Notes: generated by a model not told the origin, from the letters alone. 63,117 nucleotides of DNA, filler included, from Octopus bimaculoides (GCF_001194135.2; 7 parts of 6 records of this genome joined end to end with filler, not necessarily neighbours in it); one strand, 5' to 3'; counted from the first letter of the whole stretch, positions 11,943-23,116 are shown. Made by a program: numbers and translations.

Positions 11943-12320
11943 TGGCACTCCGTCGGTTGCGGCGAAAAGGATTCCAGTTGATCCGATTAACGGAACAGCT
12001 TGCTCGTGAAATTAACGTGCAAGTGGCTGAGCACTCCACAGACACGTGTACCCTTAATGTAGTTCTCAGAGAGGTTCAGCGTGACATAGAGTGTGACAAG
12101 GCTGGCCCTTTGAAATACAGGTATAACAGAAACAGGAAGAAAGAGAGAAAGTTGTGGTGAAAGAGTACAGCAGGGTTCGCCACAACCCCCTGCCGGAGCC
12201 TCGTGAAGCTTTTAGGTGTTTTCGCTCAATAAACACTCACAACGTCCAGTATGGGAATCGAAGCCGCGATCCCACGATCACGAGCCCGCTGCCCTAACCA
12301 CTGGGCCATTGAGCCTCCAC
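11943..12320 (-). mobile_element. SINE family D (tRNA-derived, full length)
   Basis: Minus-strand head TGGCCCAGTGGTTAGG (A box) and TTCGATTCC (B box); body matches 15074-15440 and 39204-39592. May correspond to an octopus OR-type SINE (unverified). Confidence 0.9.
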
Positions 12321-12368
12321 CTATATATTATATAATAAAATTATAACATAATACTGCTATAATATATT

Positions 12369-12491
12369 TTTTTCTGCTCTAGGCACAAGGCTCGAAAGTT
12401 ATTTTTGGGGGTGTGGGGATGGAGACAGTCGATTAGATCGATCCCAGTACGCAACTGGTACTTGATTTATCGACCCCGAAAGGATGAAAGC
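12369..12491 (-). mobile_element. SINE family A, 3' fragment
   Basis: Reverse-complement match to the family A core and tail. Confidence 0.8.
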
Positions 12492-12494
12492 TCG

Positions 12495-12652
12495 GGATAA
12501 ATCAAGAACGAGATGCTTGGACAGCATCCATAATCTCAGTCAGCTACACTTGGGAATCTAACCGGAAAGTGTAATGACAGTGGCTTAAGAAGGAGGTGCT
12601 AAGAACTCCACTCTTCCAGGAATAGTGGGCAGAGAAAATGGATGGATGGATG
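12495..12652 (+). mobile_element. RTE-clade (Rex3/Expander-like) LINE 3' end
   Basis: RTRCLDSIHNLSQLHLGI.PE peptide followed by a (GGAT)n tail. Confidence 0.55.
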
Positions 12653-12854
12653 ATATTGAATGAGCCAGGAGAAGCTCGTAACATCGAAGGGGGCAGTCAG
12701 ATTATGTGAATCAACCAAAGATTGAATTTGCGCCTGCACTGGTTCACGCAGCACGTTTTATTCTTATAAATAAAATAGCTTCCGTTTTACTGCTCACTGG
12801 TTGAATAATGGGAGCTGAACGAATCTGTAAATTGTCGAGGATGATTGGATGAAA

Positions 12855-12958
12855 GGCACTGGACCTCGGTGGGATTTAAACTCAGTATGTAAAGAGCCGG
12901 AAGAAATACGGTAGAACTTCTTTCCGATACTCTAACAATTCTATGAGCTCATCAGCTT
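12855..12958 (-). mobile_element. SINE family A, 5' fragment (diverged)
   Basis: Reverse-complement match to the family A head. Confidence 0.6.
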
Positions 12959-13495
12959 AATATTTATATATATAATATGTATATATCTTTTAATTATAAA
13001 AGCCGGCAATAATGTTAGTTGGTTGTTTGATTGGTTAGTTGAATTCTCCAGCTACACGTTACATCATGTAGAGAGAAGAGAAGAGAAGAGAAGAGAGAGA
13101 GTTAACATAAGAGATGTATGATGTGAGCACATACAAGGCTTAGAGACAGAATGAGAAAATAAGAAGGTAAATGACAAAGCGGTTATAGAAGGAGTTATGA
13201 AAATGAGAAATTTGTTATATTTTATTTCATCTTATGGTAATAAATATTTTCTTTCTCATAATTAGTATTCATTTCATCATATTGAGCACCATAAAATTAG
13301 ATTAAAGTTAAATTACAATTATTGTCATGCCATATTTCCTCATATTATCCAAGGCGGTAAAAGTACACTTTTAAAGTTACCGTCACATGACGGGTAATAG
13401 TCTACTATATGTATACATATATATATATATATATATATGATACGCTATAAAATTCAATGTGGCTACTAAGACTATTTATATATATATCATACAAA

Positions 13496-13649
13496 TGGCT
13501 CCCAACCATATGGTTCCGGGTTCAGTTCCACTGCATGGTATCTTGGGAAAGTATCTTCTACTATAGCCTCGAGCCAACCAAAGCCTTGTTGGTGGATTTG
13601 GTAGACGGAAACTGAAAGAAGCCCGTCGTATATATATATATATATAAAA

Positions 13650-13689
<40 letters not shown>

Positions 13690-13937
13690 GTGTGCGCGCG
13701 CGCGCGTAGGTGTCAGTGATCTTGTGTTTGTGTTTGTCTCCCATCATCCCTGACAACCATTGTTGGTTTACCTATGCCTCCGTAACTTAGCGGTTCGACA
13801 AAAGACTCTGGTAGAATAAATACCAGACTTAAAAAAAAATAATACTGGGATTGATTCATTTGACTGAAAACTCTTGAAGCCGGTGCTCCAGCATGGTCGC
13901 AGTCTAATAATTGAAACAAATAAAAGATAAAAGATAG
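13496..13937 (+). mobile_element. SINE family B (tRNA head, CORE-like domain, internal TA microsatellite)
   Basis: GGTTCAGTTCC B-box-like motif, CTTGGGAAAGTATCTTC core, GGTGCTCCAGCATGG...AAAAGATAAAAG tail. Confidence 0.9.
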
Positions 13938-15048
13938 TCTCTATATATAAAACAAAGGATGTGTGTGTGTGAATGTGTGTGTAGTACTATGCATTTCTAC
14001 AGTTTTCAACCGATTTTCACCAAACTTTGCACACACATTACTTATGTGTCAAGGATGGTCATGCACTGTAACATTTTGCCCAGAGCTCCCGCTTAAAGCG
14101 AGAAACCGGGCAAAAGATTGTTTTAGACGGATTTTTCGCTAAAAACTTCTGCAATTTCAACCGATTTTCTCCGTTTTCTATCCCTAGATTTTTTTGCACT
14201 CCGTGTACTTAAATTCGCTTTTGCCACATCTGCATTTTGTAATTGAAGCTTCTAAACTCTGAGATAAAGCCACCAAAGAAAAGAGCCAGTATTGGTCTCA
14301 AAACCGTCGCAGCAGAGATATCGAAGAGAGGCAGAGCAAATGACTCCTCACACGAGACTGCACGAAAACATTCACAAAATGCTGCTTCCACAGTCACCGC
14401 AAGAACAGTGAAAAGCGTGAAGGAGCGTACCAGTCGACAGATCAGATATGCATCATTAACTGCTTCAGTACGAGCTAACCTGAGTCAGTCACAGAGCATT
14501 CTCCATGCCAGGAATGCTACAACAACTACTGCTGCACGAGCTGCACAGAACGAAGAACAGCCAAGCCAGGAATGCTACAGCAGCCGCTGCTTCGTGGTCT
14601 GCAGAGAACAAAGGACATCGTGTCATTCTCCATGCCAGGAACGCTACAGCAACTGCTGCTGCGCGAGCTGCATAGAACGAAAACAGCAGACCATTCGCCA
14701 TGACATGAATGCTACAGCAAATGCTGCAGCGCGAACTGCAGAGACCGAAGAAGAGCGCGCCATTCCCTATCCTTTCTTTTTTATGTGTATTTTCATCAAT
14801 TTCAAGTCATTGTGCACCCCTATATTTCAAATTTTCGAAGAAAAACCGGCATTTTTCTCTATTTTTACGATTGTGACTTATTTCAAAAATATTTTGTACG
14901 TTTTATTGAATTTTGGTACGTTTTGGCATGGAATTCTGTACGTGTTTCAAAACAAGTTTCGGCAGCGCTGGTCATTTAGACTAAAAAATAAATGTTCCTA
15001 GAAAGACGAAGCGTTCGCAACCCGGGCAACGCCGGGTACCTCTGCTAG
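13938..15048 (+). mobile_element. Non-autonomous Helitron with both termini and a RepHel N-terminal remnant
   Basis: 5' TCTCTATATATAAAA; 3' hairpin CCCGGGCAACGCCGGG then CTAG (15045-15048) followed by T; internal PPKKRASIG...ARNATTTTAARAAQNEEQ...AARTAETEEER repeats. Confidence 0.85.
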
Positions 15049-15073
15049 TACAATATAAAATGGAATTGCTACC

Positions 15074-15440
15074 GTGGAAGCGCAATGGCCCAATGGTTTG
15101 GGCAGCGGACTCGCGGTCTTGGGATCGCGGTTTCGATCCCCAGACCGGACGTTGTGAGTGTTTATTGAGCGAAAACACAAGGCTCCGGCAGAAGCGGGTG
15201 GCGAACCCTGCTGTACTCTTTCACCACAACTTTCTCTCACTCTTTCTTCCTGTTTCTGTTGTACCTGTATTTCTGTTGTACCTTGTCACATTCTGTGTCA
15301 CCCTGAATCTCCCCAAGAACTACGTTAAGAGTACACGTGTTTGTGGAGTGCTCAGCCACTTACGCGTTAATTTCACAAGCAGGGTGTTCCGTTGATCGGA
15401 TCAACTGGAACCCTCGTTGTCGTAACCGACGGAGTTCCAC
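15074..15440 (+). mobile_element. SINE family D, full length
   Basis: A and B boxes; body homologous to 11943-12320. Confidence 0.9.
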
Positions 15441-15740
15441 GACGTCGAAAAGCTACTCGTGGAGCGTTATACACATTTAAAACCATTTCTACCAAGCTGA
15501 AACTTTATACATCTGTTTGTCCATGGCTTTGCACAACAAATCTATTCTGTTGGATTTGAAGTTGAAAGGAACTGATAGTTGAAAGCAAAATACTATGGGA
15601 CGTATAAGAACATTATAAGTAAATATAAGCAGCATTATTAAATACAAAGAGTATTATTGCATATGAAATTTGTTTGGTGTAGAACACACTGAAAATTATT
15701 TGACTATCAATTGTAGACTTTGTTAATGATAAAAGCATAC

Positions 15741-16142
15741 TCTTTTACTTGTTTCAGTCATTTGACTGCGGCCATGCTGGAGCACCGCCTTTTAGTCGAG
15801 CAAATCGACCGCAGGACTTATTCTTTGTAAGCCTAGTACTTATTCTATCGGTCTGTTTTGCCGAACCGCTAGGTTACGAGGACGTAAACACACCACCATC
15901 AGTTGTCAAGCGATGCTGGTGGGGACAAACACAGACACACAAACATATACACACACATACATACATATATATTCACATATACGACGGGCTTCTTTCAATT
16001 TCTGTCTACCAAATCCATTCATAAGGCTTTGGTCGGCCCGAGGCTATAGTAGAAGACACTTGCCCAATGTGTCACGCAGTGGGAATGAACCCGCAACCAT
16101 GTGGTTGGTAAGCAAGCTACTTACCACATAGCCACTCCTGCG
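15741..16142 (-). mobile_element. SINE family B, full length
   Basis: Reverse-complement match to 13496-13937. Confidence 0.9.
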
Positions 16143-16206
16143 CATGTTTATTTTTGTTTTATTCATTGGACTCCAAGTTTGTACTTGCTCCTCATGTATA
16201 CACACG

Positions 16207-16263
<57 letters not shown>

Positions 16264-16651
16264 NNNNNNNNNNNNNNNNNNNNNNNNNNNNNNNNNNNNN
16301 NNNNNNNNNNNNNNNNNNNNNNNNNCTATTCTCGTTACGATATAAATGGCGTGGTTACCTAATACTGCAGAATTACTTCATAAGAAGCAATATTTTATGC
16401 TTTGTTGATTAAAAAAACAACAACATACTATTGAAACGCCTGTAGTGATGTTCTGAACTGTCCATTCTTATTTGTTTACTCTCTCTTTCAACACACACAC
16501 ATACACAAAGAGTGGGAAGGCAAAAGTAGGTATACAGTTGCTTAATATGAGTGGAATGTTCTATTCTTTTCTCTGATTCTTTCTCAGGAAAAGAATTATA
16601 TGTTTCTATGTTCTTTTTAACTCATTCTTTCTATAATAAAACAATTATTCC

Positions 16652-16800
16652 AGGAAGCGAGTTGGCAGAAACGTTAGTCTTTACGTTCTGAGCTCAAATA
16701 TCGCCGACGTCGACTTTGCCTTTCATCCTTTCGGGGTCGATGAATTAAGCACCAGTTGCGTACTGGGGTCGGTCTAATTGACTGACCCCTTCCACAAAAA
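16652..16800 (+). mobile_element. SINE family A with internal deletion
   Basis: Head GCGAGTTGGCAGAAACGTTAG joined directly to TCTTTACGTTCTGAG. Confidence 0.8.
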
Positions 16801-17401
16801 TCTGAAAATGCTAATAAACCCATGTACAGCAGAAGTTGCTTCACCAACATACTGAAAATTTAGAAATAGCAGTTAAAACTACTAATTCTAACTCCAATTA
16901 AGTCTCCAACGGATAGCGATATTGATGGCCCACATATCTATGTGAGCTATGAATATCGCTATTCATTTAACAATTCCCTGCCCTATATCTCAATTGATAA
17001 TCTACTCCTGGATAGTTAAACTGCAATCTTTTCTGCGGGACTATTCGTGACGCATATGGGGTAATTTTGAGGAGGGATACGGAATTTACTAGTCGATCAG
17101 ATGCTGATTTTTCTTATGTGATATTTGATGTCGCATGGTCCAATGTACATGGGTTTATTAGCATTTCCAGATTTATAATTTTGAATATCATGCTGAAGAG
17201 TGAAATGAATTTTTATAAAATTCTAATCACGAAACGTCGTACATGATTAACTAACGGCAGGTTTGTTTTGTTTATTTTTCCTGTTTTGTTCTATGTGAGC
17301 CATGAATATCGCTATCGGTTGGAGACTTAATTGTAGTTAGAATTAGTAGTCTTAATTGCTATTTCTAAATGTTCAGTATGTTGGTGAAGCAACTTCTGCT
17401 G
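16798..17401 (+). mobile_element. Penelope-like terminal structure (fold-back plus 353-bp repeat unit)
   Basis: Inverted matches 16798-16828/17144-17174 and 16829-16936/17292-17401; direct repeat 16937-16962/17290-17315; encloses a hammerhead. Confidence 0.7.
17187..17247 (+). ncRNA. Minimal type-I hammerhead ribozyme, core intact
   Basis: Stem I ATCATG/CATGAT, CTGAAGA (17193-17199), stem II GTGA..TCAC extended by GAATTTT/AAAATTC, GAAA (17231-17234), quasi-palindromic stem III ACGTCGT, GTA cleavage triplet (17239-17241). Confidence 0.8.
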
Positions 17402-18282
17402 ATCCCTATATATTCATAATTATATNNNNNNNNNNNNNNNNNNNNNNNNNNNNNNNNNNNNNNNNNNNNTTAATTAATTAANNNNNNNNNNNNNNNNNNN
17501 NNNNNNNNNNNNNNNNNNNNNNNNNATACAAGCAATGTTAATTCTCTAAATGAAGTATTAACAGTAACTGCACGATAAAGTGTAGTATATTGCCACTTAA
17601 GTGTGGCTGACCCCTAGGGGTGGATGTTACTGTTGCTTTTAGCCCCAGGAGGACATCTCCTCCAGCTGGCTTATCGACACACGACTGTGTCCTGTTTGCC
17701 AAGGGAGTTATATATATATATATATATACATGTATATATGGATGCATACATTCATACAGCTTTACATATACTTACGCTTACGTGCATACGCTTATAGAAC
17801 CTCATCTACACCTACATATACAGACATGAATATTTACATATATGTTCAAAGTATATGCATAAATACGTAAACATATCTATCTGTCTATGTAAGTATGCAT
17901 GTATGTATGTATGTATTTATGTATGTATGGATGTATGTATGTATGGTTGTATGTATGCATGTATGTNNNNNNNNNNCACTATCTATACTATTTATTAAAG
18001 CCGAAAAACTGTTAATCAGATTTTCACGTGAACGCTCATCAGAAAGTCTCGATAATACTCTTACCGAAAGTGTCTGGCGAACTTCACATGAGTAACAGTT
18101 TGTGGAGATCTTTTTCGGTTTTATTAAACAGTATATTACTCTACCTTTGGTGTTCGAGAACTATTTTCTCCAACATGTTTTGCATCTATATGCTTACTTA
18201 TGTATGTATGTATGTATGTATATGTATGTAAAAATACATTACGGAAGATATAGTATAAACAATTAATAATTAATCATGAATT

Positions 18283-18418
18283 GCCGAGGTCGACTTTGCC
18301 TTTCATCCTTTCGGGGTCGATAAATTAAGTACCACTTGCATACTGGAGTCGATCTAATCGACTGGCCACCTCCCCCAAAATTTCGGGCCTTGTGCTTAGA
18401 GTAGAAAAGAATAATTAT
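18283..18418 (+). mobile_element. SINE family A, 3' half
   Basis: Near-consensus core and tail. Confidence 0.85.
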
Positions 18419-18527
18419 TTTTGAATATATCAATGGCCAAACATGTTATCATAAAATACATAGAAGAAGAATGTTTATAGTTTTGAACAAGTCACAATTA
18501 TAACTAAGAGGATTTCAAAACCCTTAC

Positions 18528-18592
18528 CTGTTTAGAGATAGCAGTCAAAACCGCTATAAAGCCATTTAAATCACTCATATTATTTCTCTTCA
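18528..18592 (-). other. Candidate small exon (start codon at 18578; MSDLNGFIAVLTAISKQ)
   Basis: TTTTATAG acceptor, ATG with A at -3, CAG|GTAAGG donor; a second AAG|GTAAGG donor lies 160 nt upstream; no homology recognised. Confidence 0.3.
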
Positions 18593-19074
18593 CTATAAAA
18601 GTTGTCTGCGGGCGACATGACAAATAGAATCCACAACTTAAAAATAACTGGTTAATTTCCGATTGCAATTTCGACGTTAGGGGCCTCTTAAGGGACCCAT
18701 TCGTCTCGCCAGGGAAATATTCCAAAAGATAGAAATCGAAACAAGACCTTACCTTGGGGCTAACATGTATGCTGACCGGTAAGAGAAATGTGTCAGCCTC
18801 TATCTACATATTCAAATTTTGAATTCAAATGCCATGCACAGCGTTTATGAGAAAAGACCGGTAAATTCGAGCCACCGCAAAATCACCGGGTATGAGTTGG
18901 GAGGATTTTGAAAACCTCTTAATTATAATTGTGACTTGTTCATAATTATAGACATTCTTCTTCTTCTTACACACACACACACACACACACATGTATGTGT
19001 ATTCATGTGTGTGTGTATGTGTGTTTATATATTACCGACTCGAGTCCAAGAACTCATAAGGTTTCTAAAGTGTA

Positions 19075-19262
19075 TAAGTGACCGAGATCACAACATACCC
19101 ACTGAACAAGATGCCAGTCCATTGCGGGCTTGCTCACGTACAGCTGAGTGGACTGGAGCAACGTGAGACGAAGTGTGTTGCTCAAGAACTCAATGCTCCA
19201 CCCGGTCCGGCAATCGAAACCACTGTCGTGTGTGTAGCAACCTAGCCACAAAGTCACCATCT
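19075..19262 (-). mobile_element. SINE family E (tRNA head, CORE-like domain, GCAATGGACTGGCATC tail)
   Basis: Minus strand GGTTTCGATTGCC B-box-like motif, TTCTTGAGCAACACACTT...GCTCCAGTCCACTCAGC core. Confidence 0.7.
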
Positions 19263-19426
19263 TNNNNNNNNNNACACACACACACACACACACACAAACA
19301 GGGGCATCCTGAAAGCTTTTCTCTTACGTGGAATTCCGTAACGTAAACCCCACTTTCCTTTGGCTTCTTTATTACATGGAAGTCAATAAAAAAAACAATA
19401 CGCTTTACAGGTACGAAATATCTGCT

Positions 19427-19605
19427 GGTGTCTCATAAATTAAGATCATAAAAAGAGGCATCAAGAAAAATTAAGATAAATGGCTTGATAAGTCACAAAT
19501 TAAGATAAGTAACTAGGTGCATCACGAATTAGGAATATTTGGTATCACAAATTAAGATAAATGATTTGATGTGTCACAAATCAAGATAAATGATTTGTTG
19601 TGTCC
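19427..19605. repeat. Degenerate tandem repeat of about 28-30 bp, core TCACAAATTAAGATAA
   Basis: About six recurrences of the core. Confidence 0.75.
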
Positions 19606-19851
19606 AATTGGGTTACTGAATTTAGAATTCATGACTTATGTCTTATATATTATATTTATATTGGGATGAGATGGAAAGGAATTCCTGAGTATAAGATATA
19701 GAACTCGAATGTGTTAGATCTTCGAATGTATGAGACTAAGTTATGCCATAGTTTTAGGATATGCTAAGTTTTAGTGCAACATTTGACATATAGTATTTAT
19801 TGTATAACATTTGTATTATATCTGTATTTGGGTGAGTGTATGCAAACATGT

Positions 19852-19889
<38 letters not shown>

Positions 19890-20445
19890 AATAGTGGTCT
19901 CAAATTTTGACTCAAGGCCTCTTGAAAGGTTAAGCGCATTTTCGAATAAATTCAATTTCTTTTAGTGAAAGTTATGTGGAAACAAAATCTAGGTATGTGA
20001 ATTATCCGAAATTCCTCTCTAAAATGAAAATGCTTCGTAACAAATTCCGATATAATCGTAATCTACACCGTCTGAAAGGTATATGTAGAAAATTTCATGA
20101 AAAAATATCCATCTATCAGAAGTTATGAGGAAACAAAGTCGGTGGAGGCACACTTTTGTTGTCATGCTATATTTATTTACTGAGCAAGTGAGTAATTTTA
20201 GAGGATTAAAGGAGACAAAAGAAAATTATATTGTGTTTTTTTAACACAGCTCTTTATCTCGGACAAAAAGCGTTGTATCTTGTATGTCAGCAGTGTATAT
20301 ACATGAAGTATGATACATAGATGGCGATTTTAATTTTGATATTCCTTCGGTTGAGTACACCGGAATTTTATACAATCTGGCGGCTGTATTATTCACTGTT
20401 TCCTATATGGGAAGCAGCAAATTTTGTCTAAGCATGTGTTTGCTA

Positions 20446-20608
20446 GTACGGTGCGCTCTCGACGGCCCTGGAAAATCTGGGTCCGTAACGATTCGCAGCT
20501 CTCGAGTCGGTCCGTACCCACCATCCGCAGCAGGTCTCCAAGATGTACATCCTCTCATCGATAGCGCCAAAGTAGGTAAGGGAAGTCGGCAAAATGGATC
20601 CGTACCTT
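20446..20608 (+). pseudogene. Diverged 28S rRNA fragment
   Basis: GGTGCGCTCTCGACGGCCC.GGAAAATC, CCGTACCCA..ATCCGCAGCAGGTCTCCAAG and GTAGGTAAGGGAAGTCGGCAA...GATCCGTA are collinear conserved eukaryotic LSU rRNA blocks. Confidence 0.85.
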
Positions 20609-21254
20609 GACAAATCCTAACAAAGCTGAAATGTATCTGGCATTCTCANNNNNNNNNNGCTTTTTTACTTTCCCATAGTACGAAGATATTTTATCTCCGA
20701 CAAAGACCGCAATATCTTGTCTGTCAACGGTGTGCAAACATTATATAATATTACATAGATGGCTAGTTAAAAATTTGTTTTAAAATATAAGTATTTATTA
20801 AAATGGTCAGTTAAAGAAAAAAAGAAAATGTATACTAAAACACCCCATCAAAAAAAAAAAAAAAAAAAAACCTCATTAGATTTCAAAAATGTTTTCTCAA
20901 GTCTGTGTTTTTCCGTTTCTTCAGTTTGTGTTTATATTCTGTCATCTTTGATCATTTGAAGCAGCTGAAATCTTTTACAAGCAGCGTCTTCTTAATAAAC
21001 TTACTTTTACAAAAATGATGTTTATTTTACACCCACACCAGGTGTAACTACATAATTGAGTCTCTTTCTGCTAGAAATCGTAGAAATAGCAGCAGCCAAA
21101 CTTCTTTCGAATGGCACACTATAGTCTTAAAGTCTTAAAAAAAGGAGAGATAAATTAGACACTGTGTAATTTATACATGATATTTGTGTGTGTGTATGTA
21201 TATATATATACATAATCACTTCAGCAATGTAACTATACGTGTGCCGTTAGCAAC

Positions 21255-21395
21255 TTCTTCTCCATCTTTGGACTTTTGCCTTTCTCCTTTCCAACGAAGA
21301 GCTATGCTCGAAACATCAAACTCTCTCCTTTCACCGAGCGCCAATCTAATACGTTTCTTGTGCACGTCCTCACGTTGGTTTTTATCGTTTTTTAA
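21255..21395 (+). mobile_element. PLE pLTR-like relic with degenerate hammerhead
   Basis: GAGC-TAT-GCTC stem followed by GAAAC; similar to 55975-56160. Confidence 0.45.
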
Positions 21396-21425
21396 AATTT
21401 GAATTGTTTGTTTATTTGAATTGAC

Positions 21426-21460
<35 letters not shown>

Positions 21461-21992
21461 TCGTGTGTGTATGTGTTTGTATGTGTGTGTGTATCCCTAA
21501 ATGACGGAACGGTCATGACTGAAATGTCTTAGATCACGTGCCTGTGAAATGGTAGAATCTTTCGCAGTATTTGTTTCAACTCTTTATTTTGAGTTCAAAT
21601 CCCGCCCTGGATTCCTTGAATGTTATACTTCATGGCTTGATCTAACTACCTGAGATGCATTCGGATTAAATCTCCGGCTTTAGGATACCGTCTTCCTTTC
21701 TTCCTCCTTGGTTCCTACCAGTCTCAGAAATCCTGTAATGTGTAAAAGATTAGAAAACAAGCACAAAACAATTGAAGCTGCAAAGGTCTCCAGCCTTTTC
21801 GTTTGTTTTTCTTTGCACCACTGCATCACAGGCAGCGCTTATTACCCTTCAGATTTTAACAGTCAATAAATTTTAATATCTTTTCTTACTATGCGACTCG
21901 GTTCCAAATTATCCCCGGCTCGGTAGCAGACTGCGATCCAGTGGACGAAAACCCTTGAGTTAAAGGACAAATCAATGATTGAGCCTCTACGT

Positions 21993-22301
21993 CAGACATT
22001 TTCAACCATTTTTTGCCTATAGACCCCTTTGATTCCTATTTTACTTGGGTGGATCCCCATAACCATTCGATGTTTAAAAAAAATTTCAATGTATTATTAT
22101 AATTAAATACTCCTAGGATTTGTATAAAAATTGCTATATTTTGTATACTGTAGATTTATAATCAATTTATTGCACATAAACTTTTTTCATGGCCCTTGAA
22201 AAAATATCGTGGACACCCAGTTTACTATATAGCATCCGTGGACCTCCAGAAATCTTAACTGGATCCCCAGGGTCCATATGGACTTCGGTTGAGAACCTCT
22301 G
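21993..22301. mobile_element. hAT-type MITE
   Basis: TIRs CAGACATTTTCAACC / GGTTGAGAACCTCTG; flanking 8-mers CTCTACGT / CACTACCT match at 6 of 8 positions. Confidence 0.7.
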
Positions 22302-22535
22302 CACTACCTGGTCATTCAATCTACTAGAAACAGCAGCCATATTTGCTCTTAAATCATACATTACCATTTTAAATAAAATATGCGCAGGTTACTATAGTCC
22401 TAGAAATATTTCTAAAAGGACGGGGTGATCACAATATCTGATCTGGATTTACCTGGAAATAAACAACACTTGAAGAAGGTGTGGTTCTGGAAAATGGATT
22501 GGGATGAGAATTAACAGACGTTATTAACGATAGTT

Positions 22536-22713
22536 AAGATGACGAGGAGTCAGAATCGTAAGCGTGTCGGATAAAATGCTTAGCGCCATTTCGTCTGTTT
22601 TTACGTTCTGAGTTTCAATTTCGTGTTGGTCGACATTAGCTATCGTCCTTTCGGAGTCGATAAAATAAGTATCAGTTGAGAAAATATCAGGCTTTGTGCC
22701 TATAGTAGAAAGG
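22536..22713 (+). mobile_element. SINE family A (diverged)
   Basis: Head, B box and tail recognisable. Confidence 0.7.
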
Positions 22714-22756
22714 TTGTATATATACGTATACGAGTGTGTGTACATATTATAATCAG

Positions 22757-23116
22757 TTACTTGTTTCATTCATTTGACTGCGGCCATGCTAGAGCACTAC
22801 CTTAAAGGGTTTAGTTGATCAAATCGCCTCCCGTATATATTTACACATTTTAAGTCTGCTTCTTATTGCATTGATGTCTTTTTGCCGAACCACTAACTTG
22901 CAAGGTCATCAACAAACCAACACCAGTTGTCAAGCGGTGAGATGCAAACACACGCACAAAAGCTAGTGTGTGGGCATGCATACACACCTTCATGCACGCA
23001 CACACGCACTTGCGCGATGGGCTTCCATACGGTTTCCGTTTACCAAAACCATAGTAGCAGAAAGGGAGTGAGCCCAAAACTGCATGGTTGCGAAGCGAAC
23101 ATCTTAACTACGCAGT
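22757..23116 (-). mobile_element. SINE family B
   Basis: Reverse-complement match to family B tail and core. Confidence 0.8.

Noticed and set aside
14243-15001. 252-aa ORF as a host gene
   Set aside because: It lies inside Helitron termini, and its repeats are frameshifted remnants of a RepHel N-terminus
15074-15145. tRNA genes at SINE heads (also 12250-12320, 39204-39275)
   Set aside because: A and B boxes are present but there is no complete cloverleaf, and each continues into a shared SINE body
17470-17481. TTAATTAATTAA recurring identically at 17470, 34917, 40865, 45742, 55098 and 59696
   Set aside because: Always sits in the middle of an N run (44 N each side where counted, 100 bp total) and gives stops in all six frames; an assembly gap linker, not biology
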